Positions 23,660-35,520 of a DNA stretch of 64,000 nt are shown piece after piece. How positions within the stretch are numbered: the stretch's first letter is position 1; every line of letters starts with the position of its first letter. The DNA comes from Octopus vulgaris (taxonomy: Eukaryota): assembly GCA_951406725.2 (NCBI GenBank), contig OX597824.1:56668001-56732000 (forward strand), written 5' to 3'. Position numbers and translations under genes: made by a program. The notes under the pieces were generated by a model. The model was given only the letters and a program-made list of their open reading frames with translations, had not been told where the DNA came from and searched no databases.

Positions 23660-26140
23660 ACACAATACAGTACCGGGAAGAGTTCGCACACTCACAACAG
23701 CAGAAAAGAACACAATGCTGCACACACCCCAGCAACACGGAAGTATAGTAGGTGATGCAGTAGAAATTTGCCTCAATCTGACAAATATTGAACAGTTATA
23801 TAATAATAATAATTTTATCGACAAAACAAGGTATACAAGACGAATACGAAGAAATTTTATTGGGAAATTGGCAAAAGTAAGATAGAAGTAAAGGAGCCAC
23901 CTAAAAACTGAGAAAATGGAAGAGCTCTGGAAGAAGATATAGAGCAACAAAAAAGAATATAATGCTGAAGTTCACTGGATAGAGCGTGAGAAAGTAAGCT
24001 GGATGAAGTTGAAGAGCAGAAATGGGATGCAGCAGAAACAGAAGAACTAAGATGTGTTCTTAGGGAGTCTCACAAATGGAAAACCTCAGGACAGGACCGG
24101 ATTCCAAACCATCAACATGCATACTAACTGAAAGAATATACGCTTTCCTTGAACAGAAGTCTATCCTTCCACAAGCTCAAAAAGGCTGTAAAAGGAATTC
24201 TTATGGGTGCAAAGATCAATTACTCATAAATAAAATTACTGTTGAGAATTATCGGAGCAAAATGAAGAACCTGAATATGACATGGATTGACTACAGGAAA
24301 GCGTTTGATAGTGTCCCACATAATTGGCTACTCAATGCCCTTGAGACATATAAGATCTGTCCCATCGTCTCCAAACTCTTACAGTGTAGCATGGTCGAGT
24401 GGAACACACGTCTCCTTCTAAGCCATAGTTATGGGATGAGTCAATCTAACTACATCAAAACCAAACGAGGTATCTTTCAAGGTGACTCCCTCTTCCCATT
24501 ACTCTTTTGCATTGTACTGATCCAACTCTCAAAACGAACTGAATGGGTTCAAAGTTTATAATACGACAATAAACCATTTGTTATATATGGACGATCTAAA
24601 GTTCTATGCTAGAAATGACGAAGAGCTAGTACGGCTGCTAACAACTGTTCAGCAATGACATCGGGATGGATTTCGGCCTTGACAAGTGTGCTAAACTCAG
24701 GCAAACAGCTTTCATTAAATTAGATACCGACTCTGTCATCAAAGAGCTTGACCCACAAGAAAGTTATAAATACCTGGGAATAAACAAAGGAGATTATATA
24801 CAACATGATATTATGAAGGAAAAAATAAGAAAGCAGTATTAAAGGAGAATAACACTCATACAAAAAAGAAAACTGAACTTAACTTCAAAATTCGCATCGA
24901 AGCCATTTCCAGTAGTCCAATACAGTTTTAACATTATTAACTGGAATCTTACAGAGCTCCAACACCTGGACAGGAAGACAAGAAAACTACTAACATCTAA
25001 GAACATGGACCACTCAAAAGCAGACGTTGATCAGCTGTACCTACCTAGAAGTAATGGGGGAAGAGGAATGATGCAGGTAGAACTGTGTTATAAGACCTCC
25101 ACAATAGCAATGAACTGGTACTTATCTAGTACAGCGGACTTGATGCTGCAGCTTGTGTGCAAGCAGAACAAGGAAAAACGGATCCAGCAGACTGCAAAAA
25201 AGAACGGGCAGAAACAAATTGAGGAGCAGTGGAGCCAGAAGCCTCTGCATGGACTGTATATACTTCGAAGTCGAAATGCTGATGTAGACCAAGCATCTAC
25301 CCATCGGTGGCTCAGAAGTTTAGGACTGAAAGCAGAGACTGAAGGTTTCATATTGGCGGTACAAAATCAAAGCTTGCTTATCAAAAATGGTTCTGACCCT
25401 AAATGCAGATTCTGCGAAACATCTGACGAAACAATAGACCATCCCGTCTCGAGATGTCCTGTGCTGACACCAAACGAATACAAAAATCGCTACGATAGGG
25501 TACGACAGTATTTACACTGGAAAATATGTAAACACTACGAAATCGGCACGCCTGTTTACTGGTATGAACATCATCCTGAGCCAGTCTTTGAAGGTAAAAA
25601 TGTCACTATCGTCTGGGATTTTCCAGTCAACACCGACAGAATGATCTAGGCTAATCGACCAGAAATAGTCATTAAAAACAGGGAAGAAAGATACTTGTAT
25701 AATAACAGATGTAAGTGTTCCCACTGATAAAAAATATATCTGTAAAGGAATTTGACAAATTAAGTAAATATAAGGACCTGGAAACTGAAATACAAAAGAT
25801 GTAGCATCTTAAAGCGAGAACTGTTCCTGTTATTGTAGGTACCCTCGGCATGATTAAAAAAAGAGATATCAGAAACATCTAGATAAGATCCCAGGAGAAC
25901 CATGTCTCAGAGAAATCCAAAAGATTGTGCTGACATGTACTGCCAACATCCTTATAAAACCCTATCAATTTAAATGTCTGTGATGTATTGCATGAAGATA
26001 TTTCACTACTACTCCTACTACTTCCCCTCCCCAAGCTTTCGGTCATACTATAACAACTCTTACCCTTCACTCGCCGTAGGACGCTGGGTGTGCCTCGGCA
26101 AGTGATTGTAACAAACGTGCAGATTAAAAGTAAATAATAA
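23660..26140 (+). mobile_element. R4/Dong-like LINE with RT, CCHC finger and RLE domain, decayed
   Basis: QKGC, WIDYRKAFDSVPH, RGIFQGDSL, HLLYMDDLK, FGLDKC, YKYLG, CRFCETSDETIDHPVSRC, ANRPEIV, VPVIVGTLG; ends in TAA repeats. Confidence 0.9.
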
Positions 26141-26279
26141 CAATAATATTCCTTTCTACTTACGGCATAAGGCCTGAAAGTTTTGGAGAGGGAACTATTC
26201 GATTACATCGATCCCAGTGTTTCACTGGTACTTAATTTATCGATCCCGAAAGGATGAAAGGCAAAGTCCACCTCGTTGG

Positions 26280-26336
<57 letters not shown>

Positions 26337-26383
26337 GTAATAATAATAATAATAGTAATAATAATAATAATAGTAATAATAAT
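26280..26383. repeat. (TAA)n microsatellite
   Basis: Directly visible; similar arrays at 19662, 21618, 22271, 61612 and 63515. Confidence 0.95.
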
Positions 26384-27950
26384 ATCAGAAAGTAAACGCT
26401 GCTGAAATACCGCAGCAAATACCAAACAGCGTGGACGTGTGACAACGAGCTGCTGGGAAGATAGATCAAATCTTAAGCAAAGATACAGGTTTAGAATTTG
26501 GCATAGATAAGTGTGCAATATTAGTCATAAGAAGAGGACAGGTAGTCAACAGCGAAGGCAGTCAATTACCAGATAGCCGGACATTAAAATTATTGAAGGA
26601 AAGAGAGAGTTATAAGTATCTAGGAGTATTAAGAGATAAAAGCAAGGGCGTTGTTAGTACAGAATACTAACAATAGAAATGAAAATTGAGAAGGTGTACA
26701 TCAGAAGGGTAAGGAAGCTAATGAAGTCAAAGCTAAATGGTTCAATTCTAGTGAAGGCTGTAAATAATTGGGCAGTATCATTACATAGATATTCAGCAGC
26801 TTTTGTAGATTGGGCAAAACTGAATTCGCGAAGCTAGACAGAAGAACTAGGAAGGAATTCAATATGATTGGAGGACTCCACCCAAGGGAAGGAGTAGCAA
26901 GATTATACTTACCTAGAAAGGAAGATGGAAGGGGGTTAATATCAGTAGAAGACTGCGTGGGATTAGCTAGAGTAGATATAGATTCCTATGTAGGTAATAG
27001 TGAAGAAAGTTTATTAAAAGCTGTTAGAGTCAAAGCAAAATAGGGAAACAAAAAAACAAAAAACAAACGAAGTTAAAAAACAGAACAAAGAACACAAGCT
27101 ATCTGACTGGGAGGAGAAGGCTTTGCATGCAGATTCCCAAAGATAGTTGCAGCAAATAGGCGTAGTGAGACATGATTATGGTTGTAGAAAGGAAAGCTGA
27201 AAAGGGGGACAGAAAGTTTGTTAGTTGCAGTACAAGATCAAACATTAAGGACTAATTGGATAAAAGCCAAGATAGACAAAAACCAAGTAAATTTCCAATG
27301 TAAGTTATGCAAATCAAAAGAGGAAAGTGTTATTCATATAGTAAGTGAACGTACCACGCTAGCACAGAAAGAATACAAGAAAAGACATGGCAACTTAGGG
27401 TGTGTAATCCACTGGGAGTTATGTAGAAAGCTAAGATTTGAACATACTGATAAATGGTATGAAGATGAACCTAGTAAAGTACTAGAAAGTAAGAATTATA
27501 AGATGTAGGACTAATATTCAGACTGATAGAATAATAGAAGCTAGAAGACCTGATTTAGTAGTAGTAGATAAAGAGAATAAAGAGTGCCAGATAATGGACT
27601 TTACAGTCCCAAATGATGAAAAAATCAATATGAGATGTATAGAGAAAATAGCAAAGTACCAGCACCTAGCCATTGAATTACAGAGGCTATGAAAAGTGCG
27701 GGTAAAATGTATCCCAGTAGTTATAGGTGCATTTGGATCTATCCCTGAAGATTTGAACAGAGGAAATAGGCAGAAAATTATGTTCAGTACAGCTCCAGAA
27801 AACTGTTATTAGGGACAGCTGGGATACTTAGGAGGGTTCTTGGCATCTAAGGTTGCTTGTTGTAGTCCGACGTTAGGAATGTTTCTTTTCCAACAGTCTA
27901 ATCTGTTGTACCTTTAGTAGAAAGGATTATTACCATCCATATACACTTAT
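26384..27950 (+). mobile_element. Third R4/Dong-like LINE (distinct subfamily), 3' half
   Basis: FGIDKCA, YKYLG, LDRRTRK, RLYLPRKEDGRGL, CKLCKSKEESVIHIVS, ARRPDLVVV, IPVVIGAFG. Confidence 0.85.
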
Positions 27951-27959
27951 GGATGATAA

Positions 27960-28386
27960 TAATCCTTTCTACTAAAGGCACAAGGCCTGAAATTTTGGGG
28001 GAGTGAACCAGTCGATTACACCGATCCCAGTATTCACTGGCACACAATTTATCGACCCCGAAAGAATGAAAGGCAAAGTTAACCTCGGTTGAATGTGAAC
28101 TCAGGATGTAAAGACGGACGAGATGCAGCCAAGCATTTTGCCCGGTGTGCTGACGATTCTACCACTTCACTTTAATAAAGATAATAATCTTTTCTGTTAT
28201 AGACACAAGGCCTGAAATTTGGATAAGGGGGATAGTCGATTACATCGACCCCGGTACTCAACTGGTATTCATTTTATCGTCCCCAAAAGAATGAAAAGCA
28301 AAGTCGATCTCGGCGGATTTTGAACTCAAAGCGTGAAGACGCTAAGCATTTCGCCCGGCGTGCTCACGATTCTGCCAGCTGGCCTT
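27960..28386 (-). mobile_element. Two tandem Meta-domain SINE copies
   Basis: Two reverse-complement copies of the 15925 family separated by TAA-rich tails; partial copies at ~26150-26280 and ~29875-30003. Confidence 0.85.
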
Positions 28387-28424
28387 AATAATGATAATAA
28401 TGATGATAATAATAATAATAATGA

Positions 28425-29110
28425 CTCTTTTATTGGCTACAAGGGCTTACATAAAGTTATATGAAGAGAGCCCTTCCCCTTTTATTTTTCACTGGTGCAT
28501 ACTCAAAATGGATCCTTTCACACTGGCCATTTTCCCGACATTCACCCGCCTTTCAACAAATTTGCAAGAAGGTCACACTTCCCTCTCTACCCTCACTTTC
28601 CTTTTCAAGTGAAACTTGAAAAAGTTTATGAGGGCTTGGCCAAAGAGGAAACTGCCTGCCTTTAGCCCTTTCAAGCATGTCCACCACACTATCACTTTTG
28701 CTACAGCTACCAGATAAATAAAAATTGCCTGCTCCTCCAGGCCAAAAGGGCGGCGGGGTAATCTTCTCTATGGATTCAGCTGACAGCCGGATCCGTCCTA
28801 CACGCGAAAGCAGGTGTTCGACATAAACCCACTAGTCAGCAACGCTCGGATAGTGGACGAGTGCATGCAGAACGGTTTCGTCGCTCTGCGAGCACCATGG
28901 GCAGGCTCGGCTAACGGCACTTCTGTGCCTGTAGAGTTTATCCTGAACAAGCAGCCCCACCCCGTAGCACTGCTAGGCGAAGGCTTTCTGGAAGTTATCC
29001 ATTGGCTCCGGCCCGAAAGTCCTCCGGAACAGACTGGTGAGTTGATCCTCGTCGACGCCCAGCGTTTCCCCGAGAACGTCGTCGCACTTTTCCTCCACTA
29101 AGCCTGTATA
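28425..29110 (-). mobile_element. Tx1/L1-like LINE 3' fragment
   Basis: Homologous to 2290-2715 and 18050-18240; ends gccaataaaagag beside (TAA)n; (TAG)n at 29118-29208 on the other side. Confidence 0.75.
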
Positions 29111-29130
29111 ATAATAGTAGTAGCAGCAGC

Positions 29131-29209
<79 letters not shown>

Positions 29210-30269
29210 ATGAACGCCATGATGCAGTACCAGACAGTGGCTCTCATGGCTGCTGATCTTAACTGATTGGAAGTGTTATCAGATTTGCTTGTTTTACCTT
29301 AACCAGTTGAGAATGTCCCTTAGTGGCTGACGATATGTGCATTTCTGATCATGAGCAGAAGTAGTGGGGGAACATCATAGCCATGTGTTGAAAGGAATTC
29401 TTGGAGGTTTGGATAATTCATCTGTGGAAACATTGGTGGTTCTTTTGTTATTGTTGCTGCTGCTGCTGCAGTTGTTGTTGCCACGGCTGCTGATGCTGTC
29501 TCCGACTTTCTCAATTTGGTTGTTCTGTTGTGCGGATAACTGGCTGTTCTTTTCAGCGGATGCACATAGCATTTTGAATGGCGGTGCCCCAGCATGGCCA
29601 CAGCTCGTGAGCTGAAACTTAATAAAATAAAATTGAAAAAAATCCTCATCTAACGTCTTTCTTTTAAAGCAAAACGTGAGTGGCATGTTAGTCCGCGATT
29701 TAGTTCCCCAAGGGACTCAGATGGAGAAAAACTAACCACCCCCCTAAAGTCTCGGTTAGTTTATCTATGTAACGATAAGAAATATAGAATATATAACTTT
29801 GGGCAACAATATAAATAACAACAAATTTACGGAAGCGATGTGCAATACGTATCAATAGACAAACAACAATAGTAATCCCTTTTTACCAAAGGTACAAGGC
29901 CAGAAATTTTTTGGAGGAGTGGAGGGAGGCTAATTGATTACATCGACCCTCCCCCACTATTCAACTGTTGCTTATTTTATCTACCCCGAAAGAATGAAAA
30001 GCAATTACCATCTAGGTAATTGGGAAAGGATCTGAGTGGGGTATTATGAAATAATAAGGTGAGTAGGATATAAATTACAGGAGGTAAGCTGAATCATATA
30101 GCTGTGGGTTAATCTGAAATTGTTACACCGGGCTATAGAGAATGACGTTTGTTTAAGGTACCATGCAGTAGGATCGAACACTGGAATTCGTGGTTGTGAA
30201 GCAAAACTTCTTAAACATTCAGCCTCTTTCTCTGTCTCTAAGTACACACTGAGAGTTAGAAATAGGTAG

Positions 30270-30275
30270 TTGTGT

Positions 30276-30317
<42 letters not shown>

Positions 30318-30701
30318 GCGTGTGTATGTGTGGGTTGGTTGCTTATGTGTGTACGCGTGTGTGTAAGTGTGTGTGCACGTGTGTGTATGTGTGTGTGCAA
30401 GCGTGTGTATGGGTGGGTTGGTTATGTGTGTACGTGTAAGTGTGTGTGTTCCTGTGTGTGATTGACAGATAGACAAAAAAAGAGAATGCGTGGGTTTGTA
30501 TGTGCTCGCGTATGCATGATTGTAGTGTATGGAGACGTGTGTCTGTATGTATTTTGCAGGCATGCATGTATTTGTATCCGTGTGAGTGCGTGAATGCGCG
30601 TGTGTAGTTTGTCTGCTGACGCTCGTCTCCTGAATAGCAGACGGCCAACGATACAAAAAAACAACTAATTTTAATCATTTGAGGTGAGACTCGTTTCGGC
30701 A

Positions 30702-30779
<78 letters not shown>

Positions 30780-31072
30780 GTGCGTCCTAACTCTCCCCAT
30801 GTAAGTATCTATTCTACTTGGTCACAGTGCAAGGTTCTTAATCGCTTGTCGTCGTCCAGTACACCACCCTACCACGTTCTTTGTCGTCAAGATGTCGGTC
30901 TATGGAAAATTCTTCCCGCCGTTCTGTCGCTGCTCCACTCATACATTCATCTTAACTGACATGTGTGTGGGTCTAGCTAATAGACCTCACCTAGCTCTAT
31001 TGTTCTTTCTGACAGTGATGCCATGAGTGTGTGTGAGTGTGCGCGCGCGTGTGCGTTTGTGTATGTATGAGG

Positions 31073-31119
<47 letters not shown>

Positions 31120-31200
31120 GAAGAGAAAGTGTGTGAGAGAGAGAAAAAGAGTGTGTGTGTGTGTGTGTGTATGTATATGTATACGCATAAACGCGCATAG
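30270..31200. repeat. Degenerate (GT)n and (GA)n microsatellite field
   Basis: Directly visible. Confidence 0.9.
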
Positions 31201-31431
31201 ATTACGTGTACATTTTACATACACACGTCTCTATGCATATACAGTCATATGAATACATATTTAACTATGTATATATTCAGACATGCATGTAATGGGATAT
31301 ACAAGTACATAAAATATGATTGTATATGGATGCATGTGTACATATGTGTGTTTATATATATATATATATATATAATACATCTGATTGTTGTCTACACCAC
31401 CTGTCTTCGTCTTTTGTTTTTTGTGAATACT

Positions 31432-31472
<41 letters not shown>

Positions 31473-31788
31473 TAAATAAAATAATACATATGCATATATA
31501 TAAACATATATGTACGTACCTACCTCTACATGTACATATACACGCATATATGAGTACAGGACACCAAAAAGGACATCGAACACAATGAGAAACGAAAACA
31601 TAGACACAAACCAAAGGAACTGGACATTTATTTAAAAACAGCAAAAAAATAGAATACAGGACAATTAACACAAAGAAAAGACCCCTTCTTCAGTCGCTAA
31701 AGCTTTCATCTACACTACGTTTCGAAGGATAAAAGCGAGACGTATCTTCGACAAGAAAACTTTCCTTCCTGCGAAAAGCAAATCAATT

Positions 31789-31829
<41 letters not shown>

Positions 31830-32003
31830 GATGAGTGTATTTTACCTTGTTAACAATTAACACGGAAAATAAATAAATAGTTACCAGGGCAGCAAAATCT
31901 CACAAGTAAAGGTGTTGTAACTCCTTGTTTATAAAGGTAGATGAATATTTTGAATAATATGAATAAAAAAATGGAGTTAACACAGGTGTAATCAAATATT
32001 TTT

Positions 32004-32072
32004 ACTTTCGACACATGTTACTATTCAAAAGAATAAATGGTATAAACAATGCAATCTTCTCCTCAGGAAAGT
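32004..32072 (-). ncRNA. Degenerate type-I hammerhead motif
   Basis: actttc-CTGAGGA-(~37-nt stem II region)-GTAACATGTGTC-gaaagt: perfect 6-bp stem I and a GUC site, but GAAA is mutated to GTAA. Confidence 0.5.
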
Positions 32073-32145
32073 GAAAAAAACGAATCTCGTCAATAAGACA
32101 TTTTATTACTTAATACATACAAATAAACAATAGACAAATATCCAA

Positions 32146-32244
<99 letters not shown>

Positions 32245-32580
32245 CATACATATATAAAAAAACTACATACATACATATACATACATAAGCAAAGCGTACA
32301 TACTATTCACATGCGCAAAATACATTACTGAACACTATTGAACAATATATTACATTGGGTATACCATGCGTTGTATATTCATGTAAATACGTTAGAACGT
32401 ATATATACTACTATGTTTATCAGTAACAACAATATTATTGCTTTAACGATAATCTTCAACAGATCATACATACTATATTAATGTCTACTAACATATCAAA
32501 AATTCACGATACAAGGTTCATTATATATATATTCATACATATACATATATAAACATGCTCATATAAATTACATGCGTATA

Positions 32581-33170
32581 ATTGTTATATAAAAGTCCTT
32601 TCATTTATATGCTAAGACTATAATAGATATTTACCAAAAAAAAAACCCCAGATAATTATATCTTCAATCGTATAAATCAGTCAATCATAATATAGTTATT
32701 ACTTTGTACATCCACAATCCGCGAACAAATTCAATTTCAAAATCCAAAATAGTAATTCCAAACTATATGTCAAACTGAATTTAATCCAGAATGTTTATGC
32801 TTCTATTATATGCATATTAAAGTTTATACATCCATGTAACGCTAACAAATTAAATTTTAAAATCCAAAATAGTAATTCCAAACTTTATGCCAAAGCTGAA
32901 TTTAATCCACAAAGTTTATGCTTCTGTTTTATGCCTATTAAATATTTAAAAATATATTGGGGGTTAGGGAGCGGTCATTTTAAATCATAAACTATTTCCA
33001 ATTGGCTAATTCGTTTGAACTTATCCGCTAGGTCTGTTGTAAACAATAGGAGGTCAGATTATTAGTTAAATAAATCATATTAGATTGTTATATTAAAGTC
33101 CATTCGTTTATATGCTAAGACTATGATAGATATTTACCAAAAAACAGATAATTATATCTTCAATCGTATT
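32581..33170. repeat. Nested direct duplications in AT-rich DNA
   Basis: A ~90-bp unit at 32581-32673 recurs at 33084-33169 and encloses a tandem ~120-bp pair (32705-32822 / 32825-32942). Confidence 0.8.
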
Positions 33171-33546
33171 TATACCTTCGAAATACATTTGTACTCACAT
33201 ACATATCTACGCATATGTAAACAAGTAAACATACGTTGGACACCGTAAACCTACATCCAATGAAATACATATAAATATATGTATACATCAAATCACATAT
33301 ACACAAGCATACATTCATACATGTGAATGAAAATACTCTCATATACTGTCAATAAATATATATAGCTATACATAGTCACTCTTACAATCCACATAAACTG
33401 ACACATATACACATTCAAACAAATATACATACATACACACTTATCAACCCCACAAGTAATTATATCTCAGTTTAAATATGTAAAAACATAATACCAATAT
33501 CTATATAAGCCAGACTACATGCATACACATACAAGCATGTATATAC

Positions 33547-33658
<112 letters not shown>

Positions 33659-33830
33659 ATACATGTATATACGTATATATACATATATATACCGCTACAT
33701 ACATACAAACCTATACAATCAACATACACAAAAGTGTGCTGAATTTATTCATAAGATCTAATATACAGGAAAAATAACATAAAATAATACTTAAAACTAC
33801 CACATGCATGTACACAAAAAACATACATAA

Positions 33831-33901
<71 letters not shown>

Positions 33902-34268
33902 CATATGCATCTACATATATACCAATCCATTATTGACCTTCCTATGGTTAGTACATTGACACATACTTAATGCATAACTATATACTAAAAAGCAAGTGTA
34001 AATATATATATCAATATACATAAATATAAAGATATATTTACAAACAAATACAAGTATATAAAGAATGTACAAATATGTACACATAAATAAACACTTATAT
34101 AAAAATATATAAATATATAAACAAGTTCATATACAAATACATATATTATACACATATACATACTTATACAAAAATGATATGCCCATAACCCATTTCAATT
34201 TCTTACTCCTAAATATACTAAAGTAAAAATGCTCATAACAACTAGTTGTATTTACTTCAAAGGATATT

Positions 34269-34722
34269 TTATAATAAATGTTTTTTGTATCTGGAGAAAG
34301 TATACTCCAATCTATGATGGCATGATTCATTACGTTCCTTAAGATTGTTAATAATCGGTAGATTTGTCCTAATTATAAAGAAAATCTCATTAATGCATAA
34401 TAAGCATTTTCTATTATACGCTGGTGCAGATATAAGTATTTTCCATTGCAAATTATAATTGAATTTTTTATCCTTAAGTTCCCATATATATGCACTTAAC
34501 CCTGTAGAATTACTCCTATTTCTATTTTTAAAAGTATATCTGTGATAATTAAGTCTCTGTTTCAGATTATTCTTAGTAGCCCCAATATAGACTCTGTTAT
34601 CGTATTGTGTACTTACTATACATTGATATACTACCTCTTTTTTTCATGCAGTCATTATTAAATACACAATTTTCTCTAATCCTACAATTGCACCCATTAG
34701 CTTGTTGTAGCATTGTTAGCAT
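34269..34722 (-). pseudogene. Naiad-type PLE GIY-YIG endonuclease without RT (one frameshift)
   Basis: Hand translation: CNCRIRENCVFNNDC (CxCx5Cx5C), frameshift in a homopolymer run at ~34640, EVVYQCIV...RVYIGATKNNLKQRLNYH...STGLSAYIWELK...QWKIL...KCLLCINE. Confidence 0.85.
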
Positions 34723-34839
34723 TGTTAGAGAAAAATGGATATATATTTGGATATTTATCTTTTGTTTATTTGTATATATTAAGTAATACATGCATCATGT
34801 TTAGTATATTAATATTATTATATTTTAAAGTTATTTATA

Positions 34840-34977
34840 ACTTCTGACGAGGCCTATGGTTCTTTTAACATATAAGTATTATATTTTTTAAATGCCTACA
34901 ACTCTAGTATGTTAACATCTATAGGCAATGAAAATTTGATTCGCTTTTGACCATAGGCTGAAACAGCTGTAAGAAGT
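34840..34977 (+). ncRNA. Type-I hammerhead motif with ~110-nt stem II domain
   Basis: CTGACGA-GGCCTATGGT...ACCATAGGCT-GAAACAGCTGTA-agaagt: 10-bp stem II and perfect palindromic stem III ACAGCTGT. Stem I is weak unless a CT was lost. Confidence 0.7.
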
Positions 34978-35340
34978 AATTTCTGGATGTCAATAATTTA
35001 TAATATGACTTTTAAAATCTGTATTTGTATTATCTTATCTATTGATTTATATAATATTTTGTATGCTTTTGATGTCCTCATTTGTAAAATGAATAAATAA
35101 TCTAACATTATAATATCCGTAAGTTGATGAACAAACTAAATTTGTTTCTCCATTTTTTTATTTGTATTATAAATTTACGGTAAAAATATTTCTTTACCTT
35201 CACCCGTTTAATACAATAAATAAATTAATGGCATTGCAACTAAAAACATTTATGTATTAAGAATTTGGATGATTTACCAATAGTTTATTGGATGAATGAT
35301 ATCCTATAGTGGCTTACACCCATAACCCTTATCCTACTTC

Positions 35341-35399
<59 letters not shown>

Positions 35400-35483
35400 G
35401 TCACTTATATTTGAACACTATACAAATATTATTTAAAAAAAACTTTTCTTTTAATGTTACTAAACTTAATTATTTAATAGTTA

Positions 35484-35520
35484 CAGTTAAAAAGGTCTCA
35501 AATGACCGAAACCGGTACTG
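35484..35520 (+). ncRNA. Hammerhead motif in 5' pLTR (core decayed)
   Basis: cag-TTAAAAA-ggtc-tcaaat-gacc-GAAACCGGTA-ctg. Confidence 0.6.

Noticed and set aside
31683-31730. Minus-strand GAAACGTA...CTGAAGA in permuted (type II-like) hammerhead order
   Set aside because: Stem I does not pair convincingly, so it is not counted.
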